Assembly (NCBI RefSeq): GCF_018977255.1
Contig: NW_024704743.1
Location: 16,308,001-16,372,000, forward strand
Length of the DNA stretch: 64,000 bases
Origin: Callorhinchus milii
Lineage: Eukaryota
Reading direction: 5' to 3'
Both the position numbers and the translations under genes were made by a program. Positions 24,893 through 38,325 of this stretch are shown here, one piece after another. The notes beneath the pieces are model-generated. The model searched no databases and had not been told where the DNA came from. It worked only from the letters and a program-made list of their open reading frames with translations. Position 1 is the stretch's first letter. Every line of letters begins with the position of its first letter.

Positions 24893-25924
24893 ATACTATA
24901 AAGTGAATTGATTGTGTAATTTGTGGGTAAAACACAGTGGCCAATTGTGCACAGCAGTGCCCACACATAGTCATGGATTGATTGACCAAATCGTTTATTA
25001 TTTTTTGAAGGGATTATTACCCGCAGAAAAGCGATCCTCCAATCGACTAACAGTCAAGTTCCTACTTACTGCCAGGTGAACAGAGGCGTGTGGCGTTAAG
25101 GAGGCGTGTGGAGTGTGGCCCAATGTTTTGCCCTGCCGGGAATGGAACCCAGGTACTCTCGCTTGTGAGGCAAGTGCTGTAACCACTAAGCTGCAGGACC
25201 CCAGTGTAACAGACTAAATGTGGCAGTCATCTTGCACAGAGCAAGGTCCCATTAATAAGCAAGAGGTAATTAATCAATTAACCTGGAGGACTGTTGACCA
25301 GGATACTGGGAGAAACTCCCTTCACTTTTTGAACAGTGTCATAGGATCTGTACCATCCACCTGAAAATAAGCAGACCAATCTTGGCTTAATGTCTCATCC
25401 TAAAGTCAGCACCTCTGAAAATGCAGCGCCACTACCCGCTCCTATATTGCGCTAGAATGTCAGCAAAGATTATGACCTCAAATCTCAGCTCATAACCTTC
25501 AAATCTAGATGCATTGAATAAGCCAAAATGTGACCATTGGTTTAGCTCTAATTTTAGGATTATGTAATCTTGTTTTGAGCCCATCTACCAGAGCAGAGAC
25601 GTCACCTATCTGTCCCGTCAATTCCCTTCATTGTATTAAATATCTCAATCAGAGAAACTCTGGACCCTGACAAAGTACAAAGTCATTCAAGTTTCTAGTT
25701 ACAATAGGTGCCCATGAAATACCTTCAGTGTATCAGTGACACATGAAGTCCGGTGAAATATTAAACGCTGAATACAGACAGCAGATGGACCTCGTGGCTA
25801 AGGATCCCAGCCCTCAGTAACTGGTCTGCTCCATGTCGGGAAGAATACCAGCCCCTTGTGACTGTTCATGATGGGCCGATGGCTTTCTTCTGTGCTGTAA
25901 ATTTCTATGGTTCTATGGTCAGCT

Positions 25925-26255
25925 CCTTCCGACCACTATTTCCTTTGGTGGTGGAATCCAGAACAAGGGAGCATAATCTTAAAATTACAGCTAAGCCATT
26001 TAGGTGTGAAATTAGGAGGCAGTTTTTCACCCAAAGGGTAGTGGAAATCTGGAACTCTTTCCCCCAAAAGGCTGTAGATGCTGGATCCATTCGCATTTTC
26101 TAAAGTGAGGTGGATAGATATTTGTTAGGTCAGGGTATCAAGGGATTCGGGGCAAGCGCAGGTAATTGGAGTTGAGGTACAGATCAGCCACTATCTTATA
26201 AAATGACGGAACAGGCTTGAGGGGCTGATTGGCCTACTCCTGTTTTTATGTTTCT
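25925..26255 (+). mobile_element. CR1 LINE 3' end (second family)
   Basis: SRTREHNLKI..FFTQRVVEIWNSFPQKAVDA C-terminal motif, and tail ggcttgaggggctgattggcctactcctg. Confidence 0.85.
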
Positions 26256-26699
26256 GCTGATAGTCAAAATCCGAAAAAGTCTGGCAAGTATGATACGAGT
26301 TAACATTTTCATTTTAAAGCAGGTTTAGTTCCTCGGTCTAAGAACAAAATGGGGATGATTCCAGAATTAAAGTGGAATTAACAATTTTCAACATTCCTAT
26401 TTGATCCTTTCTCTAGAAATCACTTTTCCCACCTGGTACACCGCTTTACACGTCCAGGAATCTGAGCCACCGCACTGAGTTTAAACTGCTGATGCTATAA
26501 CTCCAGAGCCCTGATAGCTGAGTGACAAGCTGTGATTGAAATTAATCTAAACTCGGGATGTGTTTGAGCAGATCATTACAAGACAGCAGACTGAGAACTG
26601 GTATGAGATTTACTCTGGGTTTATTGGAAGAGAGCAGGGTTGTAAAGAGGCGATCAGAGTGTACACATGTGGCTTAACCAGTAAGTGGAGTTTTTGGAG

Positions 26700-26815
26700 G
26701 GAAGGAGGGAATGGATGGAGGGGAGCGAGGGAATGGATGGAGGGGAGGGAAGGAAGGAAGGAAGGAAGGAAGGAAGGAAGGAAGGAGAGGGAGGGGGGAG
26801 GGAAAGAACAAAGGA
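26700..26815 (+). repeat. (GGAA)n and GA-rich tract
   Basis: About 9 perfect GGAA units within a purine-rich run. Confidence 0.95.
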
Positions 26816-27537
26816 AGGCAACATTGGGTATGAGCTCACATAGTGGCTGGTCACTTCGCTCCTACAGTGTGTGAGAATGGTGCTGGGTGGAGACAGGCTC
26901 AGGAAGGCTACAATTCACTTTATAGCCTGAGTGTGAATGAGCCCTGAGACCTTAGTACAACCTTCAAACCCACCCCAGACATGCTAAGTGTCTGACAGCT
27001 GTTAAATTAGCTACTTTTAGCTCTCATGTTTTGCTCATGTGAACTAAATAGCAAATACTGTACTGTCCAGGGCGAGGAACGAACAGCTGACTCTAATCAG
27101 TCCAGACTGGAAAAATGTCACTGCTCTTTGTAAATCACTCTCTCTCCATAGCCCCACTTCACTATCTCTCTCTTTCTCCTCCCTCTTTTAATGTTTCTCT
27201 CCTCTTTTCTCTCTCCACTTCTCTCATGTCCTCTCTATTTTATTTCTCTTTCCTCGTATCTTTTGTATCTCCTTTCTCCTCTTGTTTTTAATTTCCCTCT
27301 TTTCTCTCATCCCCTTCTCCTTTCTCTCTTTATTTCTGTCTTCTTTCGCCCCCCCCCCACCCACACCCCACACCTTTTCCCTCTCCCTCTTACTTCTCTC
27401 TCTATCTCTCTTTCTGTATAACCCAGGCCTCCACTAATGGCAAGCAAGAGGTACAGTTTTGCAATGGATGTTCCAGGTTGAACAAATCGACACCAGACTT
27501 ATATCGACTGAGCGGGAGAAACAGGGAAGGGGCAGAG

Positions 27538-27983
27538 ACAACAACAACAACAACAAGATTCCATTTATAAAGCGCCTTTCACGTCAGGAGGACGTTCCAA
27601 GGCGCTGCACAGTTGGGTCATGACCCGAGCAGGGGGGAAATGATCAGGGTGAGGGGAGGGAAGGGAGGGAGCGAGGAGGGGGAAGAGAGTCGAGAAGGGA
27701 GCTGAAGGCACGGTCAAAGAGAAAGGTTTTGAGACCGGCCTTGAAGGAGGAAAGGGAGGAAGCGGCGAAGGCACTGGGGGATGGAGTTCCAGAGCCTGGG
27801 GGCTGAGAGGCTGAAGGCCCGACCACCGATGGTAGGGCGGTTGGGGCGGGGGACGTGGAGCAGACCGGAGCCAGAGGAACGGAGGGTACGGGCAGGTAGG
27901 TAGGGGGATAGAAGGTTGGAGAGGTAGGAGGGAGCAAGGCCGTGAATGGCCTTGTAGGTGAGGATGAGGATCTTGAAATCAAT
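27538..27983 (-). mobile_element. Young L2 3' fragment (same subfamily as 7155-7912)
   Basis: FKILILTYKAIHGLAPSYLS..APRLWNSIPQCLRR, with a (CAA)n tail. Confidence 0.93.
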
Positions 27984-28761
27984 GAGACAGAGCATATTGA
28001 GAGAATATTTTTCACTGGTCAGTGAATCAGTGATTAGAGGGCATCAATTTAACACAGCTAGCAAACAAGGCAGATTGCGGCAGAATCTATATTAGCTTCC
28101 AAAGGGAACGAGAAAGATATCTAAAGTGGAGTAACCTCCCTGGCATGGGGAAAGGACAGGTTAATGGGACTGAAAGGATTGCCCCTAAAAGAACCATCAT
28201 AGACACAATGGGATGAATGACCTTCTTCTGTGCTGTACATTTCTGTGGTTCTATGTAGCAGCAGATGCATTGTCAGTGTCTCTCTGTCTCCCACCCACAC
28301 AGACATAGACACAAATGATGATCCTGAAATAAACTCAAGACTCCCATTGAGGTTTCTGATCTCAGTTGTGCTACTGTAAGAGGCAGGGGTAGGGGGGGGT
28401 TAGATGCCTTACTGTCAGGGATGGAAATTGGAGAAAGAGTCACTGACGGTTCCATGTCCCATGTCACCAAATGGTACTATTCTGGGAGTCACAAAAAAAA
28501 GTGCAGGAGGTGGTTGACTCAAGGATGGGTAGAAGATGGAGAGATTTATATCCCAAAATGTAAAGGTTAATAGCAGTTGCAGTCCAACAAATTGGAGTAT
28601 TGATTCATTGTTTTATTTTAACAAATTATATAAGCCATTTCAGGATCAGAGCAACAACATCAGATTGCATTGAAATAGAACCTATCATGTTGGGCAGCAA
28701 TGGACACAGCTGGGGGAAAAGTCTTATCTTTTTTTACTCTTTTAGACTTTTCTACAAAGAA

Positions 28762-28933
28762 AGATTTACTCTATTTTCTTAGCATTTTAAACGGTACAGA
28801 ATAATGCAAATTCTGTTTCTTTACAGAACTGTAGAAAAATGGCTCCTACGTTAAGATTGAATTCAATAATTTGCTAAAATTCTGGGCAAAATACTATATG
28901 AATAGAGTAAATCTAGACCCACGTCGAATTTCT
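28762..28933. mobile_element. Palindromic MITE, left end truncated (same family as 58469-58680)
   Basis: Inverted pair agatttactctatt (28762) and aatagagtaaatctagacccacgtcgaatttct (28901-28933). Internal gttaaga..gaattca..aattt..aaattctgg shared with the other copy. Confidence 0.65.
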
Positions 28934-29289
28934 CCTCAGTATTATTATTATTAATAATAATTAATAATAATACTTGCATTTGATACAATGCCTTTTCACA
29001 TGTTTGAGACATCTCAAAGCACTTCACAGAATATATTGTAAAGTGAATTGACAGTCTATTTTGCGGGCGAAACGCAACAGCCAATCGCTCACAGTGTCGC
29101 ACCATAAACTGATGTAACTGGGTATCAACGGTAAGGCATGGCTCTGGATTAGTAACTGGCTAAAGTGAAGTGAGCGAAAAGGTACTTGTTAGGGAAGCTG
29201 AGACAAAATAATGGGAAGCATCACATGGAGAATCACATGGGACATCTCCTATTGCTGGCATATAGCTGCAGACTCAATGCAGGTTTGGC

Positions 29290-29615
29290 GATGGGGGCTT
29301 ATAAATACACAGGAAATGTTAAATGGGACACAGAAAATAAACCCAGAACAATACTTTCAGCTGCCTCAAGGCAGCAAACAAGAGAACATAGGTTCAAGGT
29401 TGTGAAGGGCAATTTCAGGACAGATGCAGGGAAAGTACTTCTTTATGCAGAGTACTAAGCAGCTGGAACAGGTTATCAGGAAGACTGATTGAGGCCAGGG
29501 CCCTTGGCTCAATTAAGAAACAACTTTGATGGGAGGCCAATAAGGTGGGAATTCTGGAAAGAGAGATCAAATAGGCTGAAAGGTCTTTTTCATTCAAACC
29601 TCTCGTGATCTTGTA
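29290..29615 (+). mobile_element. CR1 3' fragment (third family, GATCTTGT-type tail)
   Basis: TREHRFKVVKGNFRTD motif. Colinear with 53500-53935. Confidence 0.7.
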
Positions 29616-30569
29616 CAGAAATAAAATAGGTACTGCTGCAAGTTGATCAAATGTGCTTAAAAACAAATATAAAAGCAACAGTACTGAAGACAATACAGAA
29701 AAAGATTAGTAACATGATTTAGACGAGTTATGCAACTGACAGAGACGCAACAAGTGAAATTTAAGACTGATGAATGTAAAACATAGTGTATTGCTGGACA
29801 TAATTGTAGAATAAATGGAAATGAATTTGAGCAGGAAGATCTAAAAAGGTAACATATTAAATACTTATATGGTACTTGGATATAGAGCCAGAGCAGAAGA
29901 ATGCAAGTGCAGAGAAGTTATGGTAAGGTTTTACAATACACTCGTCAGACCAGGCTTGAATTTAAGGTACAAAAAAGAGCAAATAGACTGGCAGCAATGT
30001 AAGACAGATAAATATTTAGAAAGAAAGGGGAGTCAAACCCTACATCAGGACAGTCAAGGCTGACACTAGTGCTAGGGGTGATCTACATTTGTTGGAGGTG
30101 CCGTCCTTTGTCACTTCCGAGATCCTATCTGCCTGTTCAGGTGGTTGTTAAAGATCCCATGGCACTATTTGAAAAGAGTAGGGAGTTTCTGCTAGTGTCC
30201 TGGCCAAAATCCACTAGATAAAATTGGTTAACATCATGGGTATTTGTGGGACATTGCTGTGTACAAATTGGCTGCCTCATTCACATTTGGAAGAGCAGTC
30301 TACAGAGTTATGAGAGGACCCAATGCTGGATGGATTCTCTGCAGGGTCTCCATCTCTATTGGTAACACATCAGCTACACATCAAATTAGTCCATTCACTT
30401 CATAACTGCTCGTGGGACATTACTGTAGACAAATTGGTTACCGTGTTCATCTACAAAATGAGTACACTTTACAGTAAGTGCTGTAAAATGCTTTGAGACA
30501 TCCTCCTGACCTGAAAGGTGCTACATTAAATGCAAGTACTATTTCATTAATCGTTGAGTTCCAAAGCTT

Positions 30570-30832
30570 TGAGATAAGTGGGGCTTAAGGTTCTAGATTT
30601 TGCACACAGCGAGTTGTTCGGATCTGGAATGCATTGCCTGAAACAGTGGTGGAAACTGATTTGACAACTTTTAAGAGAGAAGTAGATAATTATTGTGGAG
30701 GACAAATTTGCAGGGCTATGGGGAGAGAGCGGTGGAATGGATAACTTTGGATAACTCTTTTCAAATAGCCGGCACAGGCACAATGGGCCGAATGGCCTCC
30801 TTCTGTGCTGTATAATTCTATGATTCTATGAT
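30570..30832 (+). mobile_element. CR1 3' end with (ATTCTATG)n tail
   Basis: gagttgttcggatctggaatgcattgcctg (RVVRIWNALP)..gggccgaatggcctccttctgtgctgtataattctatgattctatg. Confidence 0.85.
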
Positions 30833-32040
30833 AGCTCAAGGGTTTGAAAACCAACATGGAACAGATGGTCTGCAAGTTGCAGAGAAACAAGGGAGATTTG
30901 TGAAACACTGTCAGAAATTGTGGCGGAATCAATCAACACTGGTGAGGTTCTGATAGGACAGGAAACAAGCAAATGTGTTTCCTGTTCAGGAAAGGTGAGA
31001 AAGGGAAAGACCCATCAGGCAACTACAGACCCATTAATCTGACCTGAATAATTAGAAAGCTGATAAAATCCAATAATCAGAAGCAAAATGTAAGATGACT
31101 TGCGTGGAAATAATCTAATAATCGACAGTCACATTGTGAGATTGAGGCAAACAGCACACATTGACATAAAGAGGAGCACCACAGGGTAAAAATTGATAGG
31201 CAACTACCATTTCAGATTCATAGGCTGGGGTTACTGTGAACTCACACCTCCTGGTGTAATGGATATTGACATATCTGACTTATCGATGTGAAGCTGCTGA
31301 TCTATAGGTTAAATGCACTGCATTTCTCATATCATGCTGTAAGAATGTAGCTACAGGATGCTGGAAATGAAGGAAAAAAGTGAGTAGGCTAGCCCCAACT
31401 CTCCAACACCCCATCCCACACCCCCTCCCCCGATGTGTTTCTGCTGGTTTCAACTCGATTCACATTTCTGGTTTTGAAGGACAAGAATTCCGATGATGCA
31501 GTCAGTAATTCCAGAGCATCATCCTGTCCGTGTTCCTATTCCCAAAACGCTCTGCACGGAAGAACGCATCAGTACACAATTCAGCTAATGCTGGCCAGTC
31601 GTCAGAGCCATGTACTGAAAAATTCTTAATAATGTGGTTTGTTGCTTGCCTCAGTGGGCTTGGCAGATTCCAGGAAACTAAATTACCATGTCCGCTCATG
31701 CACTTGCTTTCCAAACAACCATTCAAACCAGCTCTAGGATACAAGAGCAGCCCAGCTGAAGGAGCAATTGCATTCAAGGTTTGTTTACTTAAAGTTGCTT
31801 ATGGGGTGAATTGAGAAAATTCAGAGTCACGTTCAACCATTTTATCGTTTACTGTTGAACCCTGCTGGTTTTCAAATTTATAACTCTTGAGTTATATCTC
31901 AGATTGTTTTAGTTTACAAAAGTTGGGGATCTAAATTGCAATCTGCGTAAGCTGTATATGTTGCGTAAATGAAGACCTCTGGTTTGGTATCGCAGGCATT
32001 TGGTTTGCTTCTGGATCCTTATTTATTACCCTGGTATTAC

Positions 32041-32228
32041 CCCGAGGGATTATTACCCCCAGAAAGTGATCGGCCAATCGACGAACAACTGGGTGCCTAC
32101 TTACTACTAGGTAAACAGAGACGTGTGGAGTAAGGAAACTTGCCTAAGGTTTCGCCCCGCCTGGGAATTGAACCCAGGTCCTCTCGTTTGCGAGGCGAGT
32201 GCTCTAACCACTAAGCTACAGGCCTCCA
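32041..32228 (-). mobile_element. SINE family B, 5' half
   Basis: Well-preserved tRNA head: box A tagcttagtgg, anticodon arm ctcgc-ctCGCaa-acgag, box B ggttcaattccc. Confidence 0.85.
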
Positions 32229-33409
32229 GATCTCATTCTCACTATCTCATTCCCTCTTGACAGCTAATATAGATTCTGCTTCGACCATCAACAGGACTGA
32301 TCAGCAGGGCGTGCCACTACCAATAACTCTCTGTGTAAAACATAATTCTCCTAATCTCGCCTTTGTTCCCTTGCTACCTTAAATTGATGCCCACTAGTTA
32401 CTGACTAACTGTCCAGTGAAAATAATTTCTCTCCACCTAGTCTGTCAAATAAAACCCCTCAAAAATTTAAAGACCTCTTTCATGTTTCCTTTCAAATGTC
32501 TTTGCTCCAGTACCTCCATTATACACCATCCTCATGTAATGAGGTGATGTGCAACCCTTTTTCCATCCACTTTTTTTGAAGGATATGCACGCAATATATA
32601 ACCACAAACGTAAAAGTATTAGATGATTCAGCGATGAAGAATGTGATCATTGCTCCATTGAAAAAACAATTCTCCAAGGGAACAGATTAATAACAATGTA
32701 AATTACAAGACTTAAGCAAAGTTCTCCACATTAAATGAAATGGACTGGTACAGAGGATTGAATTCCATTTATTTCAGCAGCCTTCTGTCAATCATAATAA
32801 CATTCACTGATATGATTAAACAATAAATGTGCAAGGATCTGATGCAGAAATCTGAAAATCTGATTAATTTCTGATCTCTTTTCCTGGAGGAGTCATGCAC
32901 GCTCATTGCTTTGGGAATACTTACGTTAATGCAGTTTGAAGGACGGAACAAAATAAACTAATGAAAACAACAAATTTGCTGACACAATGTAAAGTGCATT
33001 ATTTTTTGGTTGATCAGTAATTTCACTCACTTCAGACTATTTATGAGGGCTGAAGTAACTGTTGATACAAGACACAGATAGACCTGATCCCAGTTGCTCA
33101 CAGTCCTGTTTACATATAGATACAAACAGTGAACTGTTGCCAGACACTCAGAATCACAACGCATAGAGTTTGATGATGAAGTTAAAATGATTTCGCGTGC
33201 TGACTAGTCAAGAAAATGAAATTAGGAGAAAGCCATTCAGCCATTCCTGCCATTTTAAAACCATTTCTGTACCTTTACTACACATCTCTTTACCCAATGT
33301 GGGGCTTAAATCCACAGCCTTCTGACCAAGAAACAAGTGTGCTACCAGCTGAGCAAAGCTAACACCTGCACACTGGCTCATTTAGCAGCACTGACATGGT
33401 AACTCAGTC

Positions 33410-33812
33410 AATGATAATCATTGCATTTGATATATCTCAAAGTGCCTCACAGGATTTATCTTGAAGTATAATGACCTTGTATTTGTAGACAAATGTAACA
33501 AGCAATTTCTGCACATTAATGTGCCACATACAGACATGATGTGAGTGACCAACTTTATCAGGAAGATTGTTGGCCAGGACACCAGGAGAAACTCCCTTCT
33601 GTTTTCAAATAGTGCCTTGAGATATTAAACATCCACTTGAACAGTCAGGTGGGACCTCGGTTTAAAATCTCACCTGAAGGACAACATCTCCAACAATGTA
33701 ACCCCTGCCCTACCCAGGCCTAGACTATATGAGCTCAAAGACCCAATGTGGGCTTCAACCCACAACCTTCTGCCTCAAAGGTAAGAGTGCTACCAACTGA
33801 GCCAAGCTGACA
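33410..33812 (-). mobile_element. Full-length DeuSINE (family A)
   Basis: Head, Deu domain and tail colinear with 5772-6242. Confidence 0.85.
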
Positions 33813-33962
33813 TGCTGCTAGTGGAACTTTGAACCAATGAACCAAGCAACTCAACCAGGCGGGCGATAGATCTTTTACCAGAAGCTCCTGCCTGGTTTAT
33901 TCTCCAAGGATTATTATTATTTCCCCCAAAAATGCACATTCTAAGGATGTAAAGAATCTACA

Positions 33963-34400
33963 ATCTAAATCCTTACATTTAATACAGCACATTATCACAT
34001 CATTTAGACTTCTAAATAATCTTCACAGGATTTCCTGTAAAGTGTAGTAAACTGTGTATTTGAAGGCAAACATGACAAGTCAATTTGCACACAGCAATGT
34101 CCCACAAAAAGCTATGAAGTGCATGACAAGTTTTATTTGGGAGAATTGTTGGCCAGGACACCGTGAAAGACTCTATACTATCTTTTCAAATAAAGTCACG
34201 GGATCTTCAACATCCACCTGAACAGGTGTCAAGTACTCAGTTAACGTCTGATCTGAAGCACAGCACCTCCAACAATGCAGCAGACCCCAGTATTGCTTTG
34301 GAGTGTCGGCTTAGACAATATTGGTTCCAAGTTTAAATGTGGGGCCTGAACCCACAATCTTCTGTCTTAGAATAGTGCTAGCAACTGAGCCAGACTGACG
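33963..34400 (-). mobile_element. Full-length DeuSINE (family A), in tandem with the preceding copy
   Basis: Same colinear structure. Confidence 0.8.
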
Positions 34401-34788
34401 TAATATAAAATATAATGACAGACCTCTGGCATATTTCATGTCTTTTCAACATTTGTTGTTCCATTACTTTACAAATCACTATCCTGATTATTTTTTACAT
34501 TTCCAACTTACTGTCCTTTCTTATCTCTAAATAGTTTATATCGTCTTACACAACTTAGCCATTGTTTTATTGATTCTTCATTAATACAAATGTTGCATTT
34601 AACAGAATCAATCGAATTTAATTACTGGTCACGGATGACGGAAAAGTTCCAGCAAAAGCACATCATTATATGATTAAAGGCAGTTGCTTCAGGAAATCCT
34701 ACATTTGTATTCAGATAAAGCTTACTCTCCATTACTTTAGTTCAAGTCCCACTTCCTTATACAGGAATCTGCACTTCAAATTAAACTA

Positions 34789-35105
34789 AATAATAATAAT
34801 AATCTTTGCATTTGATATAGCGCCTCACCACGTCTTCGAGACGGTCTCAAAGTGCTTCATATAATGTACTGTAAAGTGAATTGACTGTACATTTTGTGGC
34901 GAAATGTGGCAGCCAATTGCCTCACAAACAGTCGTGGATTGAGTGACCAAATTTTTTTTACATTTTTGGAAGGGATTATTATCCCCGGGAAAGCAATCCA
35001 TCAATCGACTAACAACTGGGTTCCTACTTACTGCTTGGTGAACAGAGGCGTGTGGAGTCAGGAAACTTGTCCTGCCCAGGAATCGAACCGAGGTCCTCTC
35101 GCTTC
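34789..35105 (-). mobile_element. SINE family B, head partly truncated
   Basis: (AAT)n tail, body gggttcctacttactgcttggtgaacagaggcgtgtggagt, and box B remnant. Confidence 0.85.
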
Positions 35106-38104
35106 CAAGAATATGGAACATATCGATTACACACCCAGATGATATATGCATGTATTTTATATGTATATATATACATACATTAATGTACATACAGGATACA
35201 ATACAATTTACATTTATATGGCACCTTTCAGGTCAAAGAGACAAGTCTAATGGTGGACTTTAAAAAATACTCATTACATATAATATATCATAAAGATATA
35301 TATGTCCGGAGAGGGTGTATTCCATTTCATTACAAATTTAAACCATGTGTGAGCCCCCCACCGCCGCCAATGCCCCCCCACCCCCCGCCCTTCGCCACAC
35401 ACACTGACTGGATAAAGCAACTGAACAAATGAAGGAAAATAAGGTATTGATGAGGAATGTACCCAGGCATATGAATGTGAATATAGATGGAGAGAGAGTG
35501 AAAGAGGGACGTTTTACAATGTAAAGTACTTTATTTTCTATTCCTTCAGCTTCATAAAACCTACTGTTTTCCACTAAATTGTTAAACTCCTCAGCAGTGT
35601 TAGGGAATGAGGCAGGCATGTATCAGACTCTTATGTATACACTGTATGTTTGCCCACAAAATACACACAGTACATCCTGTGAAGCACTTTGAGATGTCTC
35701 GACGACGTGATAAACTGATATGTCAAATGTAAGGAATATGATTAACAGGATTATTCCAGTATATACTGTCGTTAACTCACTGGTACTGTGAATGCTGAGT
35801 TAACACCACAGATTGATATCTGATTGCGCCACCTCTTATGCGGCTGCAGAGATGTGTATTTTTGTTTCATCCCCTTGGAAATCCACTTAATTCTGAGCAG
35901 TGCCCACCAAGGTCATTCCTCCTCTGAAAAAGCATTAAAGTCTGCCACACCTTTTGGACGGTTACACTTTATGTCGGAGACATCGCACTGAGTTTCCCCA
36001 CACATCAAAGACATTAAGGAAAGGATAGCTTGTGCACATCCCCTGCAAGGGTTAAAACGTGCCAGTTATTTCTTTTTAATTACCACCGCTGCCTTTGCTC
36101 TTATTGCAGCGACTGCCCAAGAAATAAAGGTCACCAAATAAGTATGAACCTTCCACATTCATTATTTTTTCATGCTGGCCAGCTGCTCCCACAGCACAAC
36201 AGGGACGACACAGACAAAGGTTTGTCCAAATTAATGCTGTTTCCTTCTCACTTTCAGCCATCTTAATAAAGGCCAATTTACATTGATTTGTGTGTAATCT
36301 GATCTGCTAAGAGCAAGCGATATCCTTCCACTATCTAGCCCTATTCTATCATACTGTACTCCCATTTAGAACTAAATGCCATTAATTCTAAGCAACAGTA
36401 TTCCAGATGAGGTATTGCGAGTAATGAACAGCAAATGACACTAAACAAAGATTTTTTTTTAATCAATAATTAGAATTTTACCCACTGCTTCTGGTGTGGA
36501 TGTTTGTAATGATAAAACTTGCATTTTCGTAATGCTTATCTGGTCAAAACATCACAAAGTGCTTCGCAAATAATTACTGTCAAACTAGCAGCTGGAACAA
36601 TATTGTGAAAGCCAACTTTCCACAGATGGCCACTAGGTGAAAGATCAATTTATCTGAATGATTGTCGACCAGGACACAGAAAGAAACTTCCTTTGTTTTC
36701 TAAACTGTGAAAAGTTCTCCCAGAAACAGGTAAACAGAGCCTTGATTTAATGGGGGTTCAAGACCCAATGTGGGGCAATCTTCTGATCCAGAAGTGGCAG
36801 TGCTACCAATTGAGACATGCCAGAGGTGAGTGTACAGGTATACGGGCACCTGTATGGATAGGTTTAAAAAACTGTCTCCTCGACTGCGTCCTCAATCACC
36901 TCTCCCTTCCTTGCTTGGTATCTAATACCGAATTTGTGAAGTGCTCTGATACATTATTGTACGTATCCGAGATGTATTCTACATGCAGAGTGTTTTTTTC
37001 AACTCACTGGATCAGATTCTACTGAGGTGAATCAGATTATACCGAGGTCTCCCTATGCTTCTGTGGCTTCCCATGCTGTGGGAAACAGCTTGTGGACACT
37101 GTGGCTTAAATTAGTTTCACAGTTCCTTTTATTAATTTTATCAGATAACAAAAAAATGCACAAACTGATGAAATGGTTCCTTTTATTTTGGCAAAGAAAT
37201 TGATTTTTTAAAGTTTTCAATAACAGCAGCCTCACAATTTGATACAAAATTAATACTTTCCTATATTGAATAACAAACTCTCATTTAATGAGAGACACAG
37301 ATGAGGTCGATGTAAGCTGACTGTTTGACCTCGTCTTTGAGCACAGAACTGGTAGAAATAGGTTTAAAATAAGCACGTCTCAAGTGAGACTGGGGATTAG
37401 AGGGAGTTTTTCCCCACAGGATAGTGGATGTGGGGAACAGACTCTGGACAAAAGCAGTTTCAATTAATCTGTAACGATTAACTCCTTCATGTAAGAACTG
37501 CATGAATATCTTCCTGAGAACATTATTGTAGAATCTAGAGAGAGAACGAAAACAAATACTCCACAGGAAAGATGAGATCAAATGATAATAATGATGATCC
37601 TTGCATTTGATTTAGCATCTCTCATTTCGGGAGTACATCTCGAAAGGTAAATCTGGGGAAGGATTCCACAATTACCCTGCTACATTTTTTATAGGATTCT
37701 CTGCCACAAACCTGCACCGAAACAAAGTCCATAAATTCTTTAAAAAGGGAATTAGATAGAGGCTTGAAAAAGAAGAAGATGAAGGGGTAATGGGTCGTTA
37801 ACAGACAAGTGGGGTTAGACTAGGTGGATCATGTGATGAAAATCATCAGCACAAATTAAATAGTTCTGAATACTTTTCCGAGGTAGGAGAGGCCATAGAA
37901 GTGCAGGATGAAACATCTGCTGACCCATTGCTCCTCAGAGCTTTGCTGCTTTTTTGAGTATAAAGATGGGGAAGGTGCTAGGCTCCATTGGTACCACTCT
38001 CATATCAGGTCAGAAGGTTGTGACTTGGGCCTCATATAGTCTAAGATGACACTCCATTGCAGTGCTGGGGGTTGTTGCATTGTCAGAGTTGCAGTCCTTC
38101 ACAT

Positions 38105-38325
38105 GAGTTGTTTGGATCTGGAATACACTGCCTGAAAGGGAGGTGGATGCAGATTCGATAACAACTTTCAAGAGAGAAGTGGATAGATATTTGGGGATGA
38201 CAAATGTGCAACGCTATGGGGAGAGCATGGAAGTGGGATTCATTTGGATAGCGCTTTCAAAGAACCAGCATGGGCACGATGGGCTGAATGGCCTCCTTCT
38301 GTGCTGTATAATTCTATGATTCTAT
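38105..38325 (+). mobile_element. CR1 3' end
   Basis: Colinear with 30600-30832, ending in (ATTCTATG)n. Confidence 0.85.

Larger units (their letters stand above)
24529..25203 (-). mobile_element. SINE family B, interrupted by a Penelope-like insert
   Basis: tRNA head at 25130-25203, ctgttcacctggcagtaagtaggaac body, and shared Deu/L2 tail. Split at 24618-24892. Confidence 0.85.
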
